64,000 nt of DNA from positions 46,709-110,708 of the forward strand of contig JAZKJN010000006.1 in assembly GCA_040384285.1 (NCBI GenBank), written 5' to 3'. Positions 36,273 to 44,964 of this stretch are shown here, in pieces (the stretch's first letter is position 1; each line of letters begins with the position of its first letter). The notes beneath the pieces are model-generated. The model was not told the origin of the DNA, did not search any database, and was given only the letters and a program-made list of their open reading frames with translations. A program made the position numbers and the translations under genes. Source of the DNA: Patescibacteria group bacterium. Its GTDB lineage: Bacteria > Patescibacteriota > Minisyncoccia > Phycocordibacterales > PALSA-1337.

Positions 36273-37250
36273 CTACTTCCCCTCCTTCAAATACCTCTTC
36301 ACAATCACTTCCACCTCCCCCACATTGTTTGTCTCCATAAGTTCCACACGAAGTTCCTTTGCGCTATCCCATCCCGAAACAGACGCTTTAAAATGTTTTT
36401 TCATCAATGCAAAATTTTTCACATCTCCCAAAAGTTTGTCGAAAAGCTGTGCATGCTCGAGCATCACAGTGAGTCGCTCTGCCACAGGAAGTTCCTGTAC
36501 ATTTTTTCCACTAAAACACCACGGGTTTCCAAAAATTCCCCGTCCAATCATTGCTCCATCGCATCCACTTTCAGAAACTTTTTTACGTGCATCTTCAAGA
36601 TTCACAGCATCACCATTGCCAAGCAGGACTGTCTCGGGTGCAAGCTTGTCTCGCAGAGCCACGATCTCTTTCATATAGTCCCAGTGGGCTGGAACATCAG
36701 ACATTTCTTTTCGTGTACGCAAATGCACGGTGAGTGCTGCCACACCTTCTTCCAAAATTTGTGGGATCCAGGTTGCAATTTCAACTTTGTTGTACCCCAC
36801 ACGAGTCTTTACCGACACCGGCAAATTAGGCGCACCTTCTTTTGCTGCACGGATGACAGCACGCGCCACCTCTGGATTTTTCATCATCGCCGCCCCTGCG
36901 CCCTGCTTCTCCACTGACTTGTCCGGACACCCCATGTTGATATCGATACCATCAAAGCCGAGTTCTTGTGCCAGTGCTGCCGCTTCACGCATTTTTTCTG
37001 GATGTGCAGTGAAAAGTTGAGCAACGATAGGTCGTTCGCTTTCTGAAAATTCAAGATCTCTCAAAAGAGCCTTTTTGCCAGGAGAACAAAGTCCATCGGC
37101 CGAGACAAACTCTGTCCACGTCACGTCAGGTTTTCCATACTTTGCAATGAGACGCCGAAAAGCAGCATCTGTCACATTTGCCATAGGGGCAAGGACAAAC
37201 ATAGGCTTTTTAAGCTGTTTCCAAAAATTGACAGGATTTCCTTTTTTCAT
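36273..37250 (-). CDS. dus: tRNA-dihydrouridine synthase.
   Basis: FVLAPMANVTDAAFRRL...VDINMGCP... This is the Dus TIM-barrel with FMN-binding motifs. Confidence 0.85.
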   Translation of the reverse strand: MKKGNPVNFWKQLKKPMFVLAPMANVTDAAFRRLIAKYGKPDVTWTEFVSADGLCSPGKKALLRDLEFSESERPIVAQLFTAHPEKMREAAALAQELGFDGIDINMGCPDKSVEKQGAGAAMMKNPEVARAVIRAAKEGAPNLPVSVKTRVGYNKVEIATWIPQILEEGVAALTVHLRTRKEMSDVPAHWDYMKEIVALRDKLAPETVLLGNGDAVNLEDARKKVSESGCDGAMIGRGIFGNPWCFSGKNVQELPVAERLTVMLEHAQLFDKLLGDVKNFALMKKHFKASVSGWDSAKELRVELMETNNVGEVEVIVKRYLKEGK

Positions 37251-37265
37251 TGAAACTACATCCTA

Positions 37266-38291
37266 CTACCTCAAGGCCTCATCAAGCAAATCCAGAATAT
37301 CGTTGTCACGAGTAGCACTGCCGAGAATTACCACCGCATAGAGTCGCTGTTGTTTACCGAGATTGAAGAGTGAGATACTGGTACGATCTGCCTCTGGTGT
37401 ATACCCATTCTTTCCACCAGCGTATGAAGCGAGGTTTAGAAAATGTGTAGGATTGGTCCAAGTATGTGTACGGACTGTTTTTGATTTTAAAAGAGTAATG
37501 TCGAGAATGTCGGGATCATTTTCTTGAATCCAGTTGATGATGACGGAGAGGTCGCGGGCTGTGGAAACATTTTTTGGAGAAAGACCTGAAGGGTCAGCAA
37601 AGTATGTTCGATATGCCCCGATACTGTTTACCCATTCATTCATCTCTTTCAAGAAACTTTGACGGCCCACCGGATATTCTCCGTATGACTGAGCAAGTGC
37701 TTCTGACGCATCGTTACTTGAAACCATAAGAAGAGGATAGAGGAGCTCGCTTGCACGAAGTTTCTCCCCCACTCGGAGGCGCCCTTCATTACCATACGCA
37801 GCAAGCATCTTGCTATCGAGAGTGATGTAGGAATTTTCATTGAGAATCTTTCGCGCGACAACTGCGGTTACAAGCTTTGTGACGGAAGCGATGGGGAGCA
37901 ATCTGTCTGCATCTTTTTCAAGCACCACCGCATCACGATCAAGATCAATCACCACATAGGAAGGAGCTGAGACCGTCACCTTGCCTGTAGTAGGAAGAGA
38001 ATTTTTTGCACTTTCTATGATCTCTCGTCCGTCATCTGCGGAGTATATAAAGACGCGGGAAAAACGAGAGACGAACGTGGGATCTTCTTCACCTTCTTCG
38101 AGTACATGAGTGTCGATATCATCGGCATGGAGACTTGCAGTCATTTCCGTATCAACCTCGAGAGCCTGGGTGGCAAAGACAGAGCTTCTCGTAAACAGAG
38201 TAAAGGCGAAAATCGCACAGAAAGCAATGAAGCCCCCAGTGGCCATAGCAGTTAACATTGAAAATACAAGCGTAGTGATCTGTTTCGGCAT
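37266..38291 (-). CDS. Serine-type D-Ala-D-Ala carboxypeptidase (S11, PBP5-like).
   Basis: SVTK (SxxK), SSND (SxN) and KNGYT (KTG-like) motifs. Signal/TM segment at the N-terminus. Confidence 0.75.
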   Translation of the reverse strand: MPKQITTLVFSMLTAMATGGFIAFCAIFAFTLFTRSSVFATQALEVDTEMTASLHADDIDTHVLEEGEEDPTFVSRFSRVFIYSADDGREIIESAKNSLPTTGKVTVSAPSYVVIDLDRDAVVLEKDADRLLPIASVTKLVTAVVARKILNENSYITLDSKMLAAYGNEGRLRVGEKLRASELLYPLLMVSSNDASEALAQSYGEYPVGRQSFLKEMNEWVNSIGAYRTYFADPSGLSPKNVSTARDLSVIINWIQENDPDILDITLLKSKTVRTHTWTNPTHFLNLASYAGGKNGYTPEADRTSISLFNLGKQQRLYAVVILGSATRDNDILDLLDEALR

Positions 38292-38309
38292 GCTTTTATA
38301 TCTATACCT

Positions 38310-39170
38310 CTATTTTAGTACGTAAAAGATATTATTGCCAAAGCGAAGGTTGATATATTCAAAAATTGGAGTAGTGGAAGTTCCCAGTTTCTTGTTTTGG
38401 GCGCTATCCCAGAAGGCGGTGAGGTTTGAAGAAGTCTTTTCAAGTGACGATCGATCATCAAAATAAATAATCGCCTCGGAGAGGTCTCTGTTCTTGATAT
38501 AGAGTTCATACATTCCATCTTCTCCCACAAGCATTCCTAAAACTGAGATGCCGCGGAGAGTGAGGGATTTTACAAAAGCCTGAAATTCTTTAAAGCGACC
38601 AGTATCTACAAAATTTTTCCCTACCGGATCTACCCCTTCATCAGACCGTATATAATAGCGGACATAGACTCCACTTGAAAACTCCGGTGCGGGTGCAAAG
38701 ACGTATCCCTCATCATCAGCAAAAAAACATTTCTCCTCTGTCTCAAGAACATCTTTTTCATGAAAACCTGGACAGACGAGCACTGATGGCTTTCTCTCCT
38801 CAATCTTGATCGCAAGACCCGAGAGACCCTTACGAGAAACTGCAACTTTCTCAACTTCTTTAAATGACTCGAGTACCATCTCTTTTATCTTTGCTTTTGA
38901 AAGAAAAAGTGTGCCAGCTTTTGGAAAGACTCCGAGGTATACTCCGGCCAAAGTCTCGTGTGTACGCTCCTCCACCTCTGTTTTATCGATAGTCACCGCA
39001 CCCTCGACAACAACCTTTGAAATTCTTAGAAAAGGAGCTCGGAACAAAAGGACAAATGCCACAATCACTGAAATACCTGCAACAGAGAAAATGGAATACG
39101 TGAGGATACGCTTTTTTCTCCTTCGCTCAAGCACTTTTTTTGATTGTAAGATCTGTGAACGTTTGTTCAT
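38310..39170 (-). CDS. ftsQ: FtsQ/DivIB-like cell-division protein.
   Basis: Basic cytoplasmic tail, single TM, then a POTRA-like VVVEGAVTIDKTEVEE segment. Confidence 0.55.
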   Translation of the reverse strand: MNKRSQILQSKKVLERRRKKRILTYSIFSVAGISVIVAFVLLFRAPFLRISKVVVEGAVTIDKTEVEERTHETLAGVYLGVFPKAGTLFLSKAKIKEMVLESFKEVEKVAVSRKGLSGLAIKIEERKPSVLVCPGFHEKDVLETEEKCFFADDEGYVFAPAPEFSSGVYVRYYIRSDEGVDPVGKNFVDTGRFKEFQAFVKSLTLRGISVLGMLVGEDGMYELYIKNRDLSEAIIYFDDRSSLEKTSSNLTAFWDSAQNKKLGTSTTPIFEYINLRFGNNIFYVLK

Positions 39171-39182
39171 TCTAAAGCGATG

Positions 39183-40442
39183 CTATGCGATGACACTTTT
39201 GCCCATGTATTTCTGGAGTACTTCAGGAATCTGTATCGTACCGTCAGCCTGCTGGAAGTTTTCCACGAGAGAAACGAGGATGCGAGGTGTGGGGATAGCT
39301 GTACAGTTCAAAGAGTGGGCGTAGCGAAGCTTTCCCTCTGCGTCTCTGTAACGAATATTGAGTCGTCGTGTCTGAAAGTCATGGAAATATGAAGCAGAAG
39401 AAATCTCGCGATACTTGCCTTCCTTTGGAACCCAGAGTTCAACATCGTATTTTTTCACCTGACCAAGACCGAGATCTCCACCACAGTTGATGACGGTGTG
39501 ATATGGGATGCCGAGTGATTCGATGAATTCCTCGCTATTTCGATTCACTTCCTCATGGAATTTCACTGATGTTTCGTGATTCGCTTCACAGAGTATCAAT
39601 TGCTCAAATTTAAAGAACTCGTGCACGCGGATAAGTCCTTTGACATCCTTGCTGTGTGCGCCTACTTCACGTCGATAGCATGGAGAAAAACCGAGATATC
39701 GATACGGCAAATCTTTCATTTCCAAAACCTCATCTCCATACATAGACATGAGTGGAACTTCAGCAGTACCGGCCAGCACATCACCATCTTGAGTTGTATA
39801 AAAATCTTCTACATCACCTGGAAGATGCGCAGTACCGTAGAGTGCAACCTTGCGTACAATAGAAGGGGCAATGATAGGGATAAATTTCTTGTTTGAATAG
39901 AAGTCGAGAGCATATTGCCAGATTGCAAAAGAAAGACGAGCTCCATCGCCAGTCAAAAAATATCCTCGGAACCCGTGCACCTTTGTTCCCCGCTCAAAGT
40001 CCACCATCTTGAGCTTTGTCATGAGCTCGACATGATCTTTTGGTTCAAAAGCAAAGTTTGGCTTCTCCCCCCAAGTCTTTATCTCCTGATTGTCCTCGTC
40101 AGTATCTCCGTCGGGTACAGAAATATCAGGAATATTTGGAACCCTCAACATCAGCCCTTGCCATTCCTTCATTGTTTCTTTCAAAGTCTCCTCTTCTTTC
40201 TGAAGTGCGTCCTTGACCGTCTTCATCTCGGCAATCATAGCTTCGCGTTCCTCAGGTGTTGCCTTTTGGATCTTGTCAGAAACAAGATTTTGTTCAGAAC
40301 GCTTTTTTTCGATAGAAGCAAGAAGCTCCTTTCGAGTGTCATCGAGCTTCAAAAGAGCTTCGATATCTACATCGACATGCTTTTTCTTTGCTCCCATCGC
40401 CACCACGTCCTTGTTCTCTCGGATGAATTTGATATCTAACAT
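39183..40442 (-). CDS. serS: Serine--tRNA ligase.
   Basis: N-terminal coiled coil and class II motifs (FRGYFLTGDGARL, ...REVGAHSKD...). Confidence 0.9.
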   Translation of the reverse strand: MLDIKFIRENKDVVAMGAKKKHVDVDIEALLKLDDTRKELLASIEKKRSEQNLVSDKIQKATPEEREAMIAEMKTVKDALQKEEETLKETMKEWQGLMLRVPNIPDISVPDGDTDEDNQEIKTWGEKPNFAFEPKDHVELMTKLKMVDFERGTKVHGFRGYFLTGDGARLSFAIWQYALDFYSNKKFIPIIAPSIVRKVALYGTAHLPGDVEDFYTTQDGDVLAGTAEVPLMSMYGDEVLEMKDLPYRYLGFSPCYRREVGAHSKDVKGLIRVHEFFKFEQLILCEANHETSVKFHEEVNRNSEEFIESLGIPYHTVINCGGDLGLGQVKKYDVELWVPKEGKYREISSASYFHDFQTRRLNIRYRDAEGKLRYAHSLNCTAIPTPRILVSLVENFQQADGTIQIPEVLQKYMGKSVIA

Positions 40443-40480
40443 AGTGTGTACATGATAGCAAAAAGAAGGCGTAATTGAAA

Positions 40481-40521
40481 GAAAAAGAAACCACCCCGTA
40501 ACTACTGCTAGTTGCGGGGTG
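40481..40521 (-). terminator. Intrinsic terminator between the 40544 gene and serS.
   Basis: caccccgt/gcggggtg stem followed on the minus strand by GUUUCUUUUUCUUUC. Confidence 0.45.
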
Positions 40522-40543
40522 TGTTTGTGTGACTGAATGAGCT

Positions 40544-41029
40544 TCAGGAGATGGCTTGATCAAACTCCTTCCGGATATCGCAAGCTAAATCCGTAATGAA
40601 GGCATCCGGAGTGTAGCAACGTCCGGCATTCACGGCGAGGATGGCGACGATGGGAGTTGTCTGACCTATCTTGTGAAAATGGAAAGGTTTGCCAACTTCC
40701 AGGACAGCTTTTTCGATTTCTCCCGGAGGAAAAATGAAGCTGTTAATTTTTCCTCTCCGCCCCACACCTTTGTTCTCTTTGACGTTGGCAAGGAGCCAGC
40801 GGTGAGACACCTCATCCTGCCAAATCTTGTAGAGGTTGCCAGACGATGTGGTGAAATAAACTTCGGTGAAGGCATCACCGCCCAGCATGGCCGGGTTCGA
40901 TATGTTGGACAATTGGAATATCGCGAATCCCCGACCCAGGTATGGACCCGTCGAATTAGGGAGGCCTACGGACTTGTTGAGAGCAACCTGAAGGTTGGCT
41001 GCAGTGACTTTAATTGATTCAGCGGTCAT
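40544..41029 (-). CDS. Hypothetical protein.
   Basis: ORF 40544..41080, with the start chosen at MTAESIKV. Confidence 0.4.
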   Translation of the reverse strand: MTAESIKVTAANLQVALNKSVGLPNSTGPYLGRGFAIFQLSNISNPAMLGGDAFTEVYFTTSSGNLYKIWQDEVSHRWLLANVKENKGVGRRGKINSFIFPPGEIEKAVLEVGKPFHFHKIGQTTPIVAILAVNAGRCYTPDAFITDLACDIRKEFDQAIS

Positions 41030-41109
41030 AACAGAGTATCTCCTCAATTTCTTCACACACTCGTTAATGAGAATGTTCATGGAAATCTTTTCGCACTATA
41101 TCATATTTA

Positions 41110-42063
41110 ATGCTAATGTCAATAGATAAATATGCCCGATTTTATAAAGATTTTATCTCGCCTGTGTATGATAGGTTGGTGAAACAAAATCAAAAAGAAA
41201 CAATAATTTTAGAGAGTCAATCAATCCCCCACCTTCTGCAACATATCCCTCATCCACCAAAGAAACTTTTTCTGCAGGGCAAGCTTCCCCACCCTGAAGC
41301 AAAGATTCTCTGTGTAGTGGGATCAAGAAAATATTCAAAGTATGGAGAAGAGGTGACAAAAAAACTCGTCATGGGGCTCAAGGGATACAATATATGTATT
41401 GTCTCGGGCTTGGCACTTGGGATAGACAGTATTGCGCATCGTACAGCACTGGAAACTGGTTTGCATACTGTTGCCTTCCCTGGCTCCGGACTTGATCCTT
41501 CAGTTCTCTACCCTCCTCGACATGCCCGACTCGCAGAAGAAATACTCTACGCGGGTGGAGCTCTGATATCAGAATTTGAAATGCACGAGCGAGCCGCACG
41601 GTGGATGTTTGAAAAAAGAAATCGACTGCTCGCAGGCTTTTCTCATGCAACACTCATCATAGAAGCAGGACTGAAATCCGGCACCATGATCACTTCCAAA
41701 TACGCAAACGACTACAACCGCGACCTCGCTGCAGTTCCAGGAGATATTTTCTCGCCCCTTTCCGAAGGACCACATCAATTGATCCGTATGGGTGCAGTAC
41801 CCGTCACCTCAAGTAGAGATATTTTAGAAATGCTTGGATTTGAATTGCCAGATGAGCCTCGAGTACCTATCCAAGAAAATCTTTTACTTTCACTCACTGA
41901 AAACGAACGCAAAATTATCGAATATTTAAAAGTTGAGTCGCACACCAGCGAGGAGCTTGTCAGAAAAAGCGAACTTTCTGCACGAGAGATCAATGAAATA
42001 GTTTCGTCGCTTGAAATACAAGGACTGGTAGATACTTCGTATGGGAAAGTAAAATTGAAATAA
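41110..42063 (+). CDS. dprA: DNA-processing protein DprA (Smf).
   Basis: VVGSRKYSKYGEEV...IVSGLALGIDSIAHRTALE...GSGLD plus a C-terminal winged helix. Confidence 0.8.
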   Translation: MLMSIDKYARFYKDFISPVYDRLVKQNQKETIILESQSIPHLLQHIPHPPKKLFLQGKLPHPEAKILCVVGSRKYSKYGEEVTKKLVMGLKGYNICIVSGLALGIDSIAHRTALETGLHTVAFPGSGLDPSVLYPPRHARLAEEILYAGGALISEFEMHERAARWMFEKRNRLLAGFSHATLIIEAGLKSGTMITSKYANDYNRDLAAVPGDIFSPLSEGPHQLIRMGAVPVTSSRDILEMLGFELPDEPRVPIQENLLLSLTENERKIIEYLKVESHTSEELVRKSELSAREINEIVSSLEIQGLVDTSYGKVKLK

Positions 42064-42109
42064 AAAAAGCGATGTCCTGTGACACCGCCTTTGCAGTTTG
42101 ACCTCAATC

Positions 42110-43036
42110 TCACGACATCCAATGAGCTTGGAATTCCTCCAGCGATAGCCGTGAGGCTCTGTGGAAGATGTTGCGATATCGCTTCGTCGTGTCCTGGACA
42201 GCCTTGGATGAAAAAGAAAGTGGCTTCTTAGGGCCGCTCGCCCATTCCCTTTCGGCTTCGTCCCGAAGAGGCTGCTTGTCGAGAAACAATGAATCTTCCC
42301 CCTCCTTGATCTCGTAGAGCTCAGTAAATCGACTACTGTCAGGAGTGACAACTTCATCAGCCATATAGAACTTGCCATTATCATCGAATCCCACTTCAAA
42401 CTTGGAATCCACGAGTTCAATCCGATGACCTAAGAGCAAGTCGCGTGTACAATTGTACACGCGCGCCGACAAGGCACAAGCTTCTGGATACGCCCCCTCC
42501 ACAAAAGCAGCGGAGATAGGATCATCTGTATCTGACTTGTGGGTAGGAGTGAACACGGGCTGAGGAAAACGATGCATGAGTTTGATACCCCGCGGTAAAT
42601 CGAGACCATAGGGATCGGGCTCACCCTTTGAATAGAACTTCCTCCACAGACTACCGGCCATGTAGGCTCGGAAAATAAACTCAAAAGGAATGATGGTGAG
42701 TTTTTTCACAATGATTGCACGAAGATGCAGATCATCAGGGTAATCGAACCGATTACCTGGCAAGTATTTGTAGATCTTGAGACCATACACCATCAAGTGA
42801 TGGGGGATTCCTTTCTGTGTAAGGAGACCTGTGAACCAGAAGATGGTGAACGCAGTGAGCACATAGTCCTTTTGGGGAATTGTATTCAGATGAATCACAT
42901 CGTGGGTGGAAACCCTGCATGTCGCCACGATCAAGAGGAGGTCAGGATGGCCGGGAATTTCAAACGTATCCCGAGTCTTGCCCTGATGGACAAGTTTGAG
43001 ACTCGAGAGAGCGGGCGGAAAAGACAGTTTTTTCAT
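42110..43036 (-). CDS. purC: Phosphoribosylaminoimidazole-succinocarboxamide synthase (SAICAR synthetase).
   Basis: HQGKTRD, SKFEVG and VTPDSSRF motifs. Confidence 0.8.
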   Translation of the reverse strand: MKKLSFPPALSSLKLVHQGKTRDTFEIPGHPDLLLIVATCRVSTHDVIHLNTIPQKDYVLTAFTIFWFTGLLTQKGIPHHLMVYGLKIYKYLPGNRFDYPDDLHLRAIIVKKLTIIPFEFIFRAYMAGSLWRKFYSKGEPDPYGLDLPRGIKLMHRFPQPVFTPTHKSDTDDPISAAFVEGAYPEACALSARVYNCTRDLLLGHRIELVDSKFEVGFDDNGKFYMADEVVTPDSSRFTELYEIKEGEDSLFLDKQPLRDEAEREWASGPKKPLSFSSKAVQDTTKRYRNIFHRASRLSLEEFQAHWMS

Positions 43037-43130
43037 GAGAGGAATCTTTCGTTGTTTTACTCACAGTTTATGTCGAGGACGCCTAGGAAACGTCTGGGGT
43101 AAAATTACAACAAATCATAGAGAAAGGCAA

Positions 43131-43697
43131 TTAATACTTCCTGATCACCCCCTTCACCACCGCAGCAATATTCATCTCATATTCAGGATAAATGGCACTG
43201 TACTTTTTGTTTGCAGGTTCAAGGAAAATTGCCTTGCCTGGCTTTTTACGTAAATATTTCATGGTCCATCCACCGTCCACTTCAGCAATGACGATGTCAC
43301 CATCTTTTGGTTCCTTCACACGTTCGACGACAACAAGATCACCTTCTTGTATCGCTGCTTCGATCATTGAGTCCCCTTTCACCTCGAGAATAAAAGTTTT
43401 AGAAGCATCTCGTACGAGGTATTCCTCAAAATTCATCATATCTAAAAGCTCTTCTTCAGCCACTGTGGGCAGTCCAGCTTCCACAAGCCCCAAAAAAGGC
43501 ACTTCACCGATCATTGTTTTCGGTGTGAGCCTTCCTTGAGCATCTTTTGCTATAGCACCTTCCGCAACCAGCTTGTTCACAAGCTTGTACACTGCATTCT
43601 TGGACTTGAAACCGAGAAGATCCATGATCTCCGTATAGCTCGGCATACGTTTCTTGCTCTTATAAAAAGAAATGATTTTGTTCTTGTAGTCAGACAT
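43131..43697 (-). CDS. lexA: LexA repressor.
   Basis: N-terminal winged HTH. C-terminal S24 peptidase with GDSM and the catalytic Lys region (KYLRKK). Confidence 0.85.
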   Translation of the reverse strand: MSDYKNKIISFYKSKKRMPSYTEIMDLLGFKSKNAVYKLVNKLVAEGAIAKDAQGRLTPKTMIGEVPFLGLVEAGLPTVAEEELLDMMNFEEYLVRDASKTFILEVKGDSMIEAAIQEGDLVVVERVKEPKDGDIVIAEVDGGWTMKYLRKKPGKAIFLEPANKKYSAIYPEYEMNIAAVVKGVIRKY

Positions 43698-43700
43698 GAT

Positions 43701-43916
43701 TTAAAATACGAGAGTTGAAACGATATGATTGAGCCGGCCGAGGAAACTAAAGGATGAGCTTGGGTATCGAGTGACTGTATTGAGCTTTCGCACGAGAATC
43801 TTATGTCGCTCCCCAAGTGCCTTGTATGAACGACCTTGAATGATCCTTCGATCGATCTCTTCATTGAGCTTTTGAATCTCTTTTCGAAGCTCTTTTACAA
43901 AAGTGTGTTTGCTCAT
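43701..43916 (-). CDS. Small protein upstream of lexA, possibly DUF465/YdcH-like.
   Basis: MSKHTFVKELRKEIQKLNEEIDRRIIQGRSYKALGERHKILVRKL... Its stop lies within 4 nt of the lexA start. Confidence 0.35.
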   Translation of the reverse strand: MSKHTFVKELRKEIQKLNEEIDRRIIQGRSYKALGERHKILVRKLNTVTRYPSSSFSFLGRLNHIVSTLVF

Positions 43917-43961
43917 TGGTTTTATATAATTAATCTACTAAATCCTTATGTAGATAGTATA

Positions 43962-43979
43962 GGTGAACGCTCGTTCACC
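43962..43979 (-). promoter_or_regulatory. Putative LexA operator (Cheo-box-like, GAAC-N4-GTTC).
   Basis: Perfect palindrome GGTGAACGCTCGTTCACC about 46 nt upstream of the small ORF-lexA unit. A TATAAT-like hexamer lies beside it. Confidence 0.5.
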
Positions 43980-44001
43980 GTCAATATAAATCTGTGGATA
44001 A

Positions 44002-44343
44002 CTACTCTTTTTTCTTCTTTTTTGTTTTCACCTTTGGAAGTGGCGCATGCTCTGCAGTGATTGAGATCAATTCCCGGAGCCATTGCCGATCTTCAAGCTT
44101 GTCCGAATCAATCATCATCCAAGGTTTGGCTCCTGGATATGGTGCACCTTCTTTGTAGAGATCTTCGACAAAAGTCTTTCCTTCTTCAGTGATCTTTACA
44201 AACAGAGTATCATCGCAGACAAGGGCCACAACTTTTCCACTACAATAGAGTGCATACTCGCCAAACATTTTTCGCGATGTGACCACTTCACCTCCCGCGA
44301 GTTGATCGAGAATATAATCAATAGTCGACTGTTGCGTGGACAT
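44002..44343 (-). CDS. TfoX/Sxy N-terminal-domain protein.
   Basis: VVTSRKMFGEYALYCSGKVVALVCDDTLFVK. Lys-rich C-terminal tail. Confidence 0.6.
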   Translation of the reverse strand: MSTQQSTIDYILDQLAGGEVVTSRKMFGEYALYCSGKVVALVCDDTLFVKITEEGKTFVEDLYKEGAPYPGAKPWMMIDSDKLEDRQWLRELISITAEHAPLPKVKTKKKKKE

Positions 44344-44938
44344 GAATTGATTTTAGCACAGCCTGTCTCTCCTTGTAGTCTGGCATCACTTCCCGCACCT
44401 TATCCCAAAACTTCTTTGAATGGTTCTTCTCTACTATATGCGCAAGTTCATGTACAATCACATAGTCGACAGTCGTAAGCGGAGCCATGACAAGTCTCCA
44501 GCTAAAATTAATTGTATTTCTCGGACCACAGCTTCCCCATCGCGTCTTTGCACCATTAATACTCATTGATCGATATGTCCAACCAGTGAGCTTGCTGTAG
44601 TACTCTATTCTCTCAGTCAATATTTCTCGAGCCTTTTTCTTGTACCAGTTTTCTGTTTCTTTTTTATTCTTAAAATCGATTGTGTTTACTTCACCCAAAT
44701 ACATAAGTCTTGTATCTTTTTTCTCTACTACACGCTTACGAAAATATTCCTGCTTTTTTTCGATCCATTCACCCTTCTTTTCTACAAGCCGGTCGATGTA
44801 GCCTTTTGAAACAAACAAAGGAGCGCGGACAACCAAGGTGGCATCACGAGAGATAGTGAGGGCAATAGAACGACGACGAGAACGGATGAGGGTGTAGGCG
44901 TGGGGCATGGAGGAAGTATAGCAAAAAAACATACTCAT
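44318..44938 (-). CDS. YgjP-like (DUF45 / M48-related) metal-dependent hydrolase.
   Basis: HELAHIVEKNHS (HExxH) and WGSC motifs. It lies adjacent to hsdR. Confidence 0.7.
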   Translation of the reverse strand: MSMFFCYTSSMPHAYTLIRSRRRSIALTISRDATLVVRAPLFVSKGYIDRLVEKKGEWIEKKQEYFRKRVVEKKDTRLMYLGEVNTIDFKNKKETENWYKKKAREILTERIEYYSKLTGWTYRSMSINGAKTRWGSCGPRNTINFSWRLVMAPLTTVDYVIVHELAHIVEKNHSKKFWDKVREVMPDYKERQAVLKSIHVHATVDY

Positions 44939-44964
44939 CTCTTTTCTAAACCCATTTAAAGCCG

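Noticed and set aside
36246-36917. 223 aa plus-strand ORF inside dus.
   Set aside because: Antisense shadow of the dus gene.
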